From contig CBDFJG010000004.1 of assembly GCA_965248445.1 (NCBI GenBank), positions 992,001-1,056,000 on the forward strand: 64,000 nucleotides of DNA, written 5' to 3'. A program made the position numbers and the translations under genes. Source of the stretch: Planctomycetota bacterium (lineage in GTDB: Bacteria; Planctomycetota; JAJSAM01; JAJVHW01). Positions 1 through 9,645 of this stretch are shown piece by piece. Position 1 is the stretch's first letter. Each line of letters begins with the position of its first letter. The notes beneath the pieces were generated by a model. It did not search any database. It was given only the letters and a program-made list of their open reading frames with translations, and was not told where the DNA came from.

Positions 1-1
1 G

Positions 2-3000
2 CAGTCGCGCGCGGGCCGCTGCGGCGTGCGCGATGCCGGTCTCGAATCCGACGCGCTCGGAGATGACGCCTGCCTCATCGACGTAGGCGCGGGACATCTC
101 GATGCGTCCGACGGCGGAGAGCAAAGTGCCAGCGGTCAAGAGGCAGACCGCGAGTTGTTCCGGGGCATCCAGCGGGCGAGCGGCGGCGACGGCACCCTCC
201 GCGACGTCGAGCGCCTCATCGACGTTGCCCAGCGCGTACTCGAGGTTGGCCAGGTACGTAGCGGCCATGGCTGCCCTGGCGCGCGCTCCCTCCAGTTCGA
301 TGGTCCCGATCGCTTCTCTCAGGATCTGCCGTCTGCCGTCCAATCGGCCGATCGTCATCGCCGCATTCACGCTGTTGATCGTCGCGATCGCCGCGTTGAC
401 GTTCTCGCCGAGCCGAGCGTAGGACTGAGCTGCCTCAGCGTAGTACTCCTCGGCGCGCGCGAAGTCTCCGCGGTGCTCTGCGAGCAATCCGAGTGTGTTT
501 GCTTGCGCCGCGTGCTGGCTCTCCATCCCGAGTTCGAGAAACAGCTCGTCAGCGAGGAGCGCATGGCGCTCTGCGCTCTCCAGGTCGCCACGCCGCCTCG
601 CGAGGAGACCGAGACAATGGTGCGTGACGCCCAACTCGCGTCCGCGTGGCAGCCTCTCCACGGCGACCTCGAGCGAGCTCTTGTCGTTTTCGTCCAACGC
701 CCCCGTCTCGTGGCGTCGCAGAATGCGCTGCACACTCACGCGAGCGGCCAGGGTCGCGTCCTCCGCGCGCTCCGCCGCTGCGTTGAGAATCGTCAGCACC
801 TGCTCGGAGTCCACCTCGCGGCCGACGGACGCCAATGTTCCGGAGATTGCCGCGAAGTCGGAACCATGGCGCGCGATCAGCTCCAAGTCGGGCGTGTCAT
901 CGAGGATGTGACTCCGGTCGAAGAGCTCGATCGCCCGCCGCTGCTCGTTGCGCTGTGCGGCATGGCAGGCTGCCTGGATCAAGTGCGGCTGCGCCCGCGT
1001 CAGGTCTCCCGCCTGCTCCCAGTGCGTACCGAGTCGCTCGGATTCGACGCCCTCCTCGCCCTCAAGGTGCTCCGCGAGCGTCGCGTGCAGCAGTTGCCGC
1101 AACTCCGGCGCCGTCTGCTGATAGAGCAGGTCCCGCAGCATGGGATGGTCGAAGTGGTAGCCCTGCTCCGTCGACGTGACGAGCCCGCCCTGACGGCAGA
1201 GCTTCTGCAGGCGGCGCAGCACCTTCATCCGCGAGATCTCGAGGACCGCCGCGAGCGTCCCGCCGTCGAAGCTGACGCCGTCCACCGCGGCGGCTTCCAG
1301 GAGTTCGCGGTCGTCGTCGTCGAGTGAGTCGAGACGCCGCGCGAACAGCTCGTTCAGTCCCGCCGGCAGCGAGCGCTCGTCCCACGCGGCCGTCGCATGC
1401 CACACCTCGCCGTCCGAGACGATCGCTTTCGTCATCTGCAGGTGCCGAAACAACTCCAGCGCGAGCAGCGGGTTGCCACCGGATCGCCGCGCGATCCGCT
1501 CGGCGATCCGAGGCTGCACCTTCGCGCCCTCGGCGCGGTCCTCGAGCAGGCGGAAGATGTCCTCGCGGGACATCGCGCTGAGTTCGATCGCCTCGACGGC
1601 CTGCACACCCTCCGGCCGGCCCACCGATGCGGAGCCGTCGGGCAGCGGGCGACGCGCCACGAGCAGCAGGAACCGGTCGCTGGCGAGGCGCTGCGTCAGG
1701 TCACGCAGCAACGTGACGTCGTCCTCGTTGAGCAGGTGCGCGTCGTCCACGGCGAGACACAGCGGGAACTCTCCCGCGATCCCGCGCAGCAATTGCTCAA
1801 TGGCCGCCAGCGTCTGCTCACGGCCCTGCACGTCGAGATCGGCGCCCGGTTGCAACATCAGCCGCAGCACAGGCAGCGCCTGGCCGAATGAACCGCCGGT
1901 CAGACCGTCTTCGAGCGCCTCGTCGGTTCCGCCGGGACCGACGCGCTCGCGGGCGGCTGCCAGGAGCGGTCGGAGCAGTCCGCTCGTCGGCGTGATCGCG
2001 AGGGGCAGCCATCCGACGCCGAACGGCTTCGCGACGACCGAGGCCTCCTCAAGGAGCGCCGACTTGCCCGCGCCGGCATCTGCGACGAGCGAGATCAGCG
2101 CAGCGCGTTCGGTCGCCACAACACTCTGGAACGTGGCGACGATCTTCCCGATCTCCGCCGTCCGCCCGAATAGCCGGCCTGAGCCAAGCGCGCCGGCCGG
2201 CTGAAGCGTCACGACGGTGCTGCGCCGCGCAATGCGATCGAGGTTGGCCAGGAGCTGCGCCGCTGACCGCGCGCGGTCCTCCGGCTGCTTGGCGAGGCAC
2301 TTGGCCAGGATCCCCCCGAAACGCGCCTGCAGGTCGGGACGCAGAGGCGGCGGGGGATTGTGGAGCACGGCGCGGATCAGCGCGGGCAGCTTCTCGTGCG
2401 CGTACGGCAGCTCGCCCATCAGCATCTCGTGGATCAGGATGCCGGTCGCCCACAGATCCGTCTGCACGCTGGCTTCCTTGCCGATGAACAGATCCGGCGC
2501 CATGTACCAGGGCGTCCCCACAAGACTGCCCTTCACCTCGCCCGCGAGAATCGACACGCCGGCGACGAGCGCGAGACCGAAGTCCGCGAGTTTCACCAGG
2601 TTGTCGGACCCGAGTAGCACGTTGCCTGGCTTGATGTCGCGGTGCAGCACGCCGCGCTCGTGCGCGTCGCGCAGTCCCGTCAGGATGCCGCGGATGATCG
2701 GAACCGCCTGATCTGCGGAGACGCAGTCCCCTTGCGTAACGAGGTCGAACAGGGAACCGGAGTCCACGAACTCCATCTCGATCAGCCACTCACCGCCCGC
2801 ACCCTCGTGCACCGAGTAGAGCGTCACGATGTGGGTGCTCGGCAGCGACGCGATCACGCGCGCCTCGGACAGGAACGCCTCGCGCTCCGCTTCGCTGATG
2901 CCCTGCTCGCGCGGGAGCAGCACCTTGAGCGCCACCGGCCGGCCGATCAGCGTGTCCCGCGCCAGGAACACCGCGCCGAACGCCCCGCGCCCGAGTTCGG

Positions 3001-3070
3001 ACTCGAGGTAGAGGTTGCCCACGGTGTCCCCGACGACGAGGTCAACGCGCGGCGCAGCCGGATCGGTCAA
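2..3070 (-). CDS. Ser/Thr protein kinase fused to STAND/AAA_16-type ATPase and TPR-like repeats (3' end runs off the window)
   Basis: Hand translation from TTG at 3070, with GGAGG upstream. Kinase motifs LGRGAFGAV, VALK, HRDIKPGN, ADFGLA, GTPWYMAPD. ATPase motifs: Walker A ADAGAGKS, Walker B LAVDDAH, SGGNPL, FDHPMLRD. TPR-like helices follow (NTLGLLAEHRGDFARAEEYY). Not in the ORF track, apparently because no stop occurs inside the window. Confidence 0.9.
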   Translation of the reverse strand, partial: MTDPAAPRVDLVVGDTVGNLYLESELGRGAFGAVFLARDTLIGRPVALKVLLPREQGISEAEREAFLSEARVIASLPSTHIVTLYSVHEGAGGEWLIEMEFVDSGSLFDLVTQGDCVSADQAVPIIRGILTGLRDAHERGVLHRDIKPGNVLLGSDNLVKLADFGLALVAGVSILAGEVKGSLVGTPWYMAPDLFIGKEASVQTDLWATGILIHEMLMGELPYAHEKLPALIRAVLHNPPPPLRPDLQARFGGILAKCLAKQPEDRARSAAQLLANLDRIARRSTVVTLQPAGALGSGRLFGRTAEIGKIVATFQSVVATERAALISLVADAGAGKSALLEEASVVAKPFGVGWLPLAITPTSGLLRPLLAAARERVGPGGTDEALEDGLTGGSFGQALPVLRLMLQPGADLDVQGREQTLAAIEQLLRGIAGEFPLCLAVDDAHLLNEDDVTLLRDLTQRLASDRFLLLVARRPLPDGSASVGRPEGVQAVEAIELSAMSREDIFRLLEDRAEGAKVQPRIAERIARRSGGNPLLALELFRHLQMTKAIVSDGEVWHATAAWDERSLPAGLNELFARRLDSLDDDDRELLEAAAVDGVSFDGGTLAAVLEISRMKVLRRLQKLCRQGGLVTSTEQGYHFDHPMLRDLLYQQTAPELRQLLHATLAEHLEGEEGVESERLGTHWEQAGDLTRAQPHLIQAACHAAQRNEQRRAIELFDRSHILDDTPDLELIARHGSDFAAISGTLASVGREVDSEQVLTILNAAAERAEDATLAARVSVQRILRRHETGALDENDKSSLEVAVERLPRGRELGVTHHCLGLLARRRGDLESAERHALLADELFLELGMESQHAAQANTLGLLAEHRGDFARAEEYYAEAAQSYARLGENVNAAIATINSVNAAMTIGRLDGRRQILREAIGTIELEGARARAAMAATYLANLEYALGNVDEALDVAEGAVAAARPLDAPEQLAVCLLTAGTLLSAVGRIEMSRAYVDEAGVISERVGFETGIAHAAAARARL

Positions 3071-3295
3071 TCAGTTCCCTCCGAGCCTGAAGGGACCGTC
3101 TCTCGCGGTCGGCGGCATTGTATTTGAGTCACTCGTGAGCCTCGCCGCCCAAACGCGCAGGCTCGACGCCGGGCTGTCTTCGGCCGCCGTCGGGCGTGTA
3201 TGCTCCCGCGCGATGGAATCCCGTCGGCGCACCGTTCCTGCGCGCACCGGTCGGTAGCGGCGAGCCGAGCAGCTCGCAGAGTGGAGGGCTCACCC

Positions 3296-6082
3296 GTGAA
3301 GCAGGAACCGAAGTCGCACATTTGGCACGCTCGTGCCGCGGCCGTCGCTGCGCTCCTTTGCGCCAGCATCTTCGCATCCGCGACGCCCTCGCACGACGAG
3401 GTCCCCGTCGTCACGCCGCTCGCGACGCTCACCGGGGCCGGCACCGACGCGGGTGACGAGTTCGGCGTCGCCGTCGGCATCGACAGCGACACGGTCGTCG
3501 TGGGCGCGCATCTGCAGGACGCCGCCGAGGGCGCCGCGCATGTGTTCACGGGCGCGAGAGTGCGGTGGGCGCAACAAGGAGCAGCTCTCAAGGCCTCGGA
3601 CGCTGCCGCGGACGACGAGTTCGGCATCTCAGCGGCGGTCGACGGCAACACCCTGATCGTGGGCGCGGTCGGAGACGAGTCGCGCCGCGGAGCGGCCTAC
3701 GTGTTCACTCGAAGCGGCACGACATGGACCCAGCAGGCGAAGCTCACGGCATCGGATGGTGCGAGCGGCGATGAGTTCGGCGCCTCCGTTGCGATCTTCC
3801 GCGACGCGGTCGCCGTCGGGTCGCCCCTGCGCGACAGCGGCAGGGGTTCCGTCTACGTGTTCACACGCAGCGGCACCGTGTGGACGCAGCAGCCGCGTCT
3901 CGACGCCGGCGACATGGCCATCGACGACCTGCTCGGAGCGTCGGTCACACTCGACGACGACACGATCGTGGCGGGTGCGCCCGGCGAGACCGCCGGACAG
4001 GGAGCGGCATACGTCTTCACGCTGAGCGGGGGCGTATGGTCCCAGCAGAAGAAGCTCGTCGCGGCGGACGGCGCGGCGATCGACGGATTCGGCGTCTCGG
4101 TGGCTGTCGACGGCGAGACCGCCGCCGTCGGCGCCTCCCACGATGACGACGACGGAAGCGACTCGGGCGCGGCCTACGTCTTCACGCGGTCGGGCACGAC
4201 GTGGACGCAAGAGGCGAAGCAGACCGCATCCGATGCCGTGGCCGGCGACGACTTCGGCACGTCGGTCTCCCTGGAAGGCGATCGACTGGTGGTCGGAGCG
4301 CCCGGCGACGACTCGGCTCAGGGTGCGGCGTACCTCTTCGTGCGCAGCGGATCCACGTGGACAGAGCGCGTCCGGTACCAAGCCGTGCGCGGACGGGCCA
4401 ACAGCGCTCTCGTGGGGCACTCCGTCGCGCTCTCGGGTGAGACGGTCGTCGCCGGTGCGCTGGGCAGCTCTCTCCAGCCGGGCGCCGCATACGTGTTCGC
4501 GACGAACGCGCCCCCGACGTCCCACGCAGGAGACGACGCGGTCATCCTGTCCGCGAGTCAGTTGACGACCATGCTCACGGGCACCGGAGCCGACCCCGAC
4601 GGCGACCAACTGACCTGCCAGTGGCTCGACGAGTCGTTCCGTGAGATCGCGCGATCCGCCGCTCCTTCGACCGGCACGTGCACGCTCACGCTCGACCTGG
4701 CGACGCGGCCGACGCTCGACCCGGGGCCGCACACGTTCCGCTTCGCGGTCACCGACGTCAGCGCCACGATCCCGACGACCACGTACGACGAGGTCGTGGT
4801 GCGCATCGACGTACCTGCCGTCGTGAGCGCAGGCCCGGACATCGAGATACTCCGACGTGACGAAGACGCGACCACGTTGAACGGCACGGCGACCGATGCG
4901 GACGGGGACGGCTTGATCTGCCAGTGGGTCCTCGGCACCACGGTCGTCGCGGGGCCCAAGATCTCACTCGACGGAACCTGCAATCTCGCGCTCCCGCTCG
5001 CCACCCTGCCCGAGTCGATCACGCTCGGCGACGGCGACACCGAATTCACGTTCGAGGTAGAGGACCGGACCGCAACCATGAAGGACACGGTCAAGGTCAC
5101 GATTAGCGATCCGCCGCGCGCGGTGAACGGCTTCCTGCGCCTGCGCATGGTGAGAGTGGTGCAGCCGCGCCGCAAGCCGACGCAGACCAAGATCCGTGGC
5201 ACCCGCGTGCGCCTGGTGGTGCGCGGCGACCTCGACTTCGGCGCCGACCCCGCCTCCGTGGACCTCACGAAACGCAGCGCCCTCGAGTTCGGCAGCCGAC
5301 GGATCGAGCTTCCGCGCGGGCTCACGCGCAAGGGCCGCCGCTTCTGGCGCTTCGAAGGAGGCAGCTTTGAGAACGGCGAGATTGACCTGCGCATCTTCAC
5401 GCCGCGCCGGGGCGGGTCGAAGGGCCACATCATGCTGATCGTCGAGAACTGGCGCGACGCCTCGTTCTCCGCCGGTACCAACACGAGCGACTTCAAGCTC
5501 GCGTTCGAGCGGGGCACGTTCGTCGGTGCCGCATCGGCGAAGTTGCACGTCGTCAAGACGATCGGCCGCAGCGGCCTCACAGAGACTGCGACGTTCGAGG
5601 AGAAGTCGGATCTCGAGTACCGCGATGAACTGCACCCGACGTCGACGCCGCTGCTGGCGCTCCGTCGCTTTGTGGGGAGCTCCGACAGCGGCAGAACGGT
5701 GAGCGACTTCCGCCTGACTGCGGAGTTCGCGCCCGGCTCCAAGCCGGGAACTCCACCGGACGTGACGCTCCGCGCCGGCGTTGCGGGCAGTCCGGTGAAG
5801 TTCAAGATCGACGTCTCGAAGAACGCGTACGAGATCTCCACGACGGATCGCGGTTACCGCTACACGTTGATCGACTCGGCCGCGAGCGGCCTGCACGACC
5901 TCGACGTCGACTACACGACCGGCACCGTGCGCGCCCGCGTGCGCGATACCAGCATCGGCGACCCTGGCACGAGCCGGTGGGCGACGCTCTACGTCAGCGT
6001 CGGGATCGGAACCGTCGAGGACGGGGTCCAGGTTCGCGCTCGCGTGAAGAACGATTCCGGGAAGCGGCTGCTCTACAAGTAG
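3296..6082 (+). CDS. Secreted FG-GAP (integrin-alpha-like) seven-bladed beta-propeller protein with two PKD-like Ig domains and an unassigned C-terminal region
   Basis: GTG at 3296 after GGAGGG, followed by a signal peptide. Seven repeats of the form FG.SVA..GD..VVGA...GAAYVF. Two PKD-like units (AG.D...L.GT..D.DGD.L.CQW). Confidence 0.85.
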   Translation: MKQEPKSHIWHARAAAVAALLCASIFASATPSHDEVPVVTPLATLTGAGTDAGDEFGVAVGIDSDTVVVGAHLQDAAEGAAHVFTGARVRWAQQGAALKASDAAADDEFGISAAVDGNTLIVGAVGDESRRGAAYVFTRSGTTWTQQAKLTASDGASGDEFGASVAIFRDAVAVGSPLRDSGRGSVYVFTRSGTVWTQQPRLDAGDMAIDDLLGASVTLDDDTIVAGAPGETAGQGAAYVFTLSGGVWSQQKKLVAADGAAIDGFGVSVAVDGETAAVGASHDDDDGSDSGAAYVFTRSGTTWTQEAKQTASDAVAGDDFGTSVSLEGDRLVVGAPGDDSAQGAAYLFVRSGSTWTERVRYQAVRGRANSALVGHSVALSGETVVAGALGSSLQPGAAYVFATNAPPTSHAGDDAVILSASQLTTMLTGTGADPDGDQLTCQWLDESFREIARSAAPSTGTCTLTLDLATRPTLDPGPHTFRFAVTDVSATIPTTTYDEVVVRIDVPAVVSAGPDIEILRRDEDATTLNGTATDADGDGLICQWVLGTTVVAGPKISLDGTCNLALPLATLPESITLGDGDTEFTFEVEDRTATMKDTVKVTISDPPRAVNGFLRLRMVRVVQPRRKPTQTKIRGTRVRLVVRGDLDFGADPASVDLTKRSALEFGSRRIELPRGLTRKGRRFWRFEGGSFENGEIDLRIFTPRRGGSKGHIMLIVENWRDASFSAGTNTSDFKLAFERGTFVGAASAKLHVVKTIGRSGLTETATFEEKSDLEYRDELHPTSTPLLALRRFVGSSDSGRTVSDFRLTAEFAPGSKPGTPPDVTLRAGVAGSPVKFKIDVSKNAYEISTTDRGYRYTLIDSAASGLHDLDVDYTTGTVRARVRDTSIGDPGTSRWATLYVSVGIGTVEDGVQVRARVKNDSGKRLLYK

Positions 6083-6227
6083 ACAGAAGCAGTCTTCATA
6101 CGCGATGCGGAGCCACTCCGCTTGACACCCGTGCGTTGGGCACGGGACAGGCACGAGATCGAGCTTCGCGATCGCTTCGCGTTCTCAAGTTGAGAGAGAC
6201 GCGGAGCACACGGATGGGGGCTCGCTC

Positions 6228-9224
6228 ATGTCCACTGCTCACGAGAATTCGGTCACACGTCGCGCGGGCTGGCGCAGCCGGCACATCGCGCTGCTGCTGC
6301 TTGCCGGGTCGCTCTTCCCGGGCTGTCGGCAGGTCGAGCCGCCGCGCGTGATGACGCACGAGGACGTGGACGTCGCGATGCTCGCCGACCAGAGCGCGAA
6401 GGCAAGAGCCGCAGCGCAGCGCGCGGTAGAACAGCACGCAGCCGAAGAACGCGCTGCCACGCAGAAGAGGTCCGCTGACCTGTTCTTCGACAAGGACAGC
6501 TTGCGTGGCGGCGCCGCGAACCCAGAGGGGATCCGTCCCGAGGAGTCGGAGGCTACGGACGTGGCTGCGGACCGTGTGACTCAGTTGACGCGGGTCGAAC
6601 TGTCGTCGATCGACTACATCGCTCTCGACGGCGTCCTCACCGGCGAGCGTCCGGTGGCGTCGCCGGCCAAGGTCTCGCAGCCGCTGGCGAACCTCGATGG
6701 GGTGGACGCTGCGGAGTTCCTGTCCATTCTCGGCAAGCGACTCGGTGCGAAGGGATATCGCGCGGTGGAGCTGATCTCACCGGACGACGATGCCATCAGG
6801 TGGCGCTCGAGTGACAACAAGCTTCCGGTAGCCGTGTTCTGGCGCAGGACGCTCGGCCAGTCGCCGGCGACGTGGCTGCTCCGCGTGGGGATGACGGAGT
6901 ACGCCCGGCAGGGCAGGTACCTCGAGATCGACGGCGTGGTCCTGAACGCCGGCGCCGCCGGACCGAACACCGACATCGAGTTCGACGAGGCGGGGAAGCC
7001 CAAGCCCGGCTCGGTCGGCGAGATCGTGGCCGCGCTCGCGACTCAGTTCGACACGTACAAGTCGTCGCGAGGCTTCGTGCACCTGGCGCGGAAGACCATT
7101 CAGCTCAGCAACGCCGATGCGGAGCGTGCGATGCACCGGCTGGCCACGCTGGGGGTGACGACGGTCCAGGCAACCGCGCGCATCGTCACACCGCCGGCGG
7201 CCGGGCAAGCGCTCCCGTCCGAGATCATCACCTCACTGGGACCGACGGGGTTCGACGCGCGGAAGGTCCCCTACGTCGTGTGGCTGGCGGACCCGGGGAA
7301 GGCCGACACCGGCATCGTGGGAGGCGGCGCCGCAGGGGTCGCGACGCAGGGCGGTGACGCCGTCCCCACCACGGCCACACAGCTCTCGGAACGGTCCGGT
7401 TTCGCACGGATGACCGAACTCGTCGTGTTGTATGACAAGGACCAGCCGGAGCAGTTCAACGAGATCCGCAGGCTCGTGGACGAGTTCGTGGACAAGCCGG
7501 CTCGCCAAGCCCTGATCGAAGCGCTCGTGATCGAGATCAACGAGAACGGCCTCGAGGAACTCGGTGTCCAGTGGTCGGTGCGCAAGCGCCGCTCGGCTCT
7601 GGCCGAGCTCACGGCCGGGACGCTCGACGCCGAGGGCAGCGCCGACACCCTGACGATCGAGGGTACGGATGACGCCATCCAGGATCTGCTCACCGGCACC
7701 GTCGATTTGGACTGGAGGGTGAAGCTCCGGGCGCTCGTCGAGAACGGACACGCAGAGGTCCTGTCCCGCCCCAGCGTGCTCACGGTGAGCAACCGTCAGT
7801 CCACGATTCGCGTCGGAGAGAACATCCCCATCGCCACGTCGACGACGAATCCGGGCAGCGACGGAATCTCGGTCACGTTCACCTACCAGCCGGTCGGCAT
7901 CCTGCTGAACATCCGTCCCCGCATCACCGAGAAGGGCAATCATGTCAACATGATGGTCGATGCCGTCGTGTCGTCGGTGGTCGAGGGCGGGGACGTCGTG
8001 GTGCTCCAGTCCAACAGCATGGGCGAGGTGGCACGCGCGCCGCGGCTGGCTACCCGCCGGGTGCAGACGTACGCGCGGATCCCGAACAACACGCCGCTGA
8101 TCATCGGCGGCCTCGTGCAGAAGAAGGAGTCGACGGTTCGGGACAAGATCCCGATTCTCGGCGACATCCCGTTGATCGGTGCCGCGTTCCGTTCGGAACG
8201 CGTCTCGCAGGAGCGGAGCGAGGTCATCATCGTCCTCACGCCGTACGTCCTCCCCGAGGGGAACGTCGAACGCATGCTGCCCCGCGATCACGAGCGCATC
8301 GACACGGACAAAGCGAAGCTCTTCCGCTCTTCGTATCGCCTGCAGCACCAGGACGTCTACGACCTGGACTTCCTCTACGAGAACCCACGTCTCCAGGAAT
8401 ACAACACGCTCGCACAGGAGGCGATCGCCAAGAACTTCAAGCTCGCGACGCAGTACCCGTTCAGCGAGTTCGCGGGCGAGGTCCTGCCCGGCCAGGAGAT
8501 GCTCGCGACGCGGATGCTCTCCGGACTGCTCAAGCGGCGCGACGTCGTCGAGAAGCTGAACCCCGAGAACATCATCGTGGTCGACAACCCGTTGGAGGAG
8601 GAGGGGGGCTTCGGTACCAACTTCCTCGAGCGCCCCGGCGGACTCACACACGAGCTCTCCGAGTGGACGGTCGAGCGGCTCACGGACTTCTTCGAGCAGT
8701 ACCCCGAGAAGGCGATCCGCATCACGTTCACCGAGAATCCCGGCAAGGACGCCGGCGGCTGGAACAACCCCGCGAACTGGCTGCCGGACTTCGACGTCGA
8801 GACCGCCCCCGAGGAGATCGCTGGCGACCTTCGCAAACTCAAGCGTTACTGGCGAGAGCAACTGTGGGACCTGAACCAGACAGACGACGACGGTTGTCAG
8901 ATCTGGACGATCCTGCTCCGCAGCGAGGACGACGTCGAGGATTTGCACCTCGCACTCGCGCTCAAGCAACTCGTCAAGCTGAACGGTGGGCGGCGCCTCT
9001 TGCAAGAGCAGAGCTTCCAGGTCGGTTCAGCGCTCCTGATCCCCGACATCCGCGAGAACCACTACCACGTCATCGACGAGGAAGTGGCCCGCTACTTCTT
9101 CCACCGCACGCACTACTATTCCGCCGCGTTCCAGGAGATCGAGCTCAAGCTCATGGACCTGGACAAGGCCCTGCGCCAGCCCGAGGTCAAGGACACGCTC
9201 ACCCCTGCGCGCCGGTTGAAGTAG
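6228..9224 (+). CDS. Secretin-family (GspD/PilQ-like) outer-membrane lipoprotein with long N- and C-terminal extensions
   Basis: Lipobox-like LFPGC. Secretin motifs QALIEALVIEI, EVLSRPSVLTVSNRQSTIRVGENIPI, VGILLNIRPRI, PLIIGGL, DKIPILGDIPLIGAAFRS, EVIIVLTPYVL. Confidence 0.9.
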   Translation: MSTAHENSVTRRAGWRSRHIALLLLAGSLFPGCRQVEPPRVMTHEDVDVAMLADQSAKARAAAQRAVEQHAAEERAATQKRSADLFFDKDSLRGGAANPEGIRPEESEATDVAADRVTQLTRVELSSIDYIALDGVLTGERPVASPAKVSQPLANLDGVDAAEFLSILGKRLGAKGYRAVELISPDDDAIRWRSSDNKLPVAVFWRRTLGQSPATWLLRVGMTEYARQGRYLEIDGVVLNAGAAGPNTDIEFDEAGKPKPGSVGEIVAALATQFDTYKSSRGFVHLARKTIQLSNADAERAMHRLATLGVTTVQATARIVTPPAAGQALPSEIITSLGPTGFDARKVPYVVWLADPGKADTGIVGGGAAGVATQGGDAVPTTATQLSERSGFARMTELVVLYDKDQPEQFNEIRRLVDEFVDKPARQALIEALVIEINENGLEELGVQWSVRKRRSALAELTAGTLDAEGSADTLTIEGTDDAIQDLLTGTVDLDWRVKLRALVENGHAEVLSRPSVLTVSNRQSTIRVGENIPIATSTTNPGSDGISVTFTYQPVGILLNIRPRITEKGNHVNMMVDAVVSSVVEGGDVVVLQSNSMGEVARAPRLATRRVQTYARIPNNTPLIIGGLVQKKESTVRDKIPILGDIPLIGAAFRSERVSQERSEVIIVLTPYVLPEGNVERMLPRDHERIDTDKAKLFRSSYRLQHQDVYDLDFLYENPRLQEYNTLAQEAIAKNFKLATQYPFSEFAGEVLPGQEMLATRMLSGLLKRRDVVEKLNPENIIVVDNPLEEEGGFGTNFLERPGGLTHELSEWTVERLTDFFEQYPEKAIRITFTENPGKDAGGWNNPANWLPDFDVETAPEEIAGDLRKLKRYWREQLWDLNQTDDDGCQIWTILLRSEDDVEDLHLALALKQLVKLNGGRRLLQEQSFQVGSALLIPDIRENHYHVIDEEVARYFFHRTHYYSAAFQEIELKLMDLDKALRQPEVKDTLTPARRLK

Positions 9225-9258
9225 GCCACTCACCCTGCACCTGCAACCGCGACCGCAC

Positions 9259-9293
9259 GCAGTTGGAGCGGAGCCCCGCTCCGCTCCAACTGC
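9259..9293. terminator. Perfect 16-bp stem hairpin downstream of the secretin (possible terminator or processing structure)
   Basis: GCAGTTGGAGCGGAGC-CCC-GCTCCGCTCCAACTGC; no U-tract. Confidence 0.45.
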
Positions 9294-9384
9294 CGTACCC
9301 CGGCCACCCTGCCGATCCCCGCGAAGTGGCACCCCCGCCCCCCCCGGCCTACGCTGCGCCGATCGCCTCACCAGGCGACACGGC

Positions 9385-9461
9385 GTCCCCGTAGCTCAGC
9401 CGGATAGAGCGACGGTTTCCTAAACCGTAGGTCGCAGGTTCGAGTCCTGCCGGGGATGCCA
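9385..9461 (+). tRNA. tRNA-Arg (anticodon CCT)
   Basis: Acceptor stem GTCCCCG/CGGGGAT, D arm GCTC..GAGC, anticodon stem ACGGT/ACCGT with loop TTCCTAA, T arm GCAGG-TTCGAGT-CCTGC, encoded CCA. Confidence 0.97.
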
Positions 9462-9546
9462 GACTCCGTCTGACCAGCCGGCCGGCCTCTCACCTGGCGG
9501 GTTGCCTTCGGCGCTACGCGCCTCGGCTGTCTCGCTGCGCTCGAGG

Positions 9547-9568
9547 CGAGTCCTGCCCGGGATGCCAG
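9547..9568 (+). repeat. Direct repeat of the tRNA-Arg 3' end (att-like scar or tRNA-linked repeat)
   Basis: CGAGTCCTGCCCGGGATGCCAG versus CGAGTCCTGCCGGGGATGCCAG at 9441-9462: 21 of 22 identical. Confidence 0.85.
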
Positions 9569-9645
9569 CGCTGCGGGCGTCCCGATGCGATTGCGGGAAC
9601 TGCTTGCCGCCCCTGCCGTCCATGAGTGGAGGAGGTTGCTCGCTC

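Noticed and set aside
26..1327. 433-aa plus-strand ORF and neighbouring plus-strand ORFs
   Set aside because: Antisense shadows of the kinase-STAND gene, which has clear motifs on the minus strand.
3400..4500. Nucleotide repeats in the FG-GAP gene as possible DGR template/variable repeats
   Set aside because: Explained by protein blade repeats; no reverse transcriptase is present in the window.
6122..6150. TTGACA as a sigma70 promoter for the secretin
   Set aside because: No acceptable -10 hexamer at 16-18 nt spacing.
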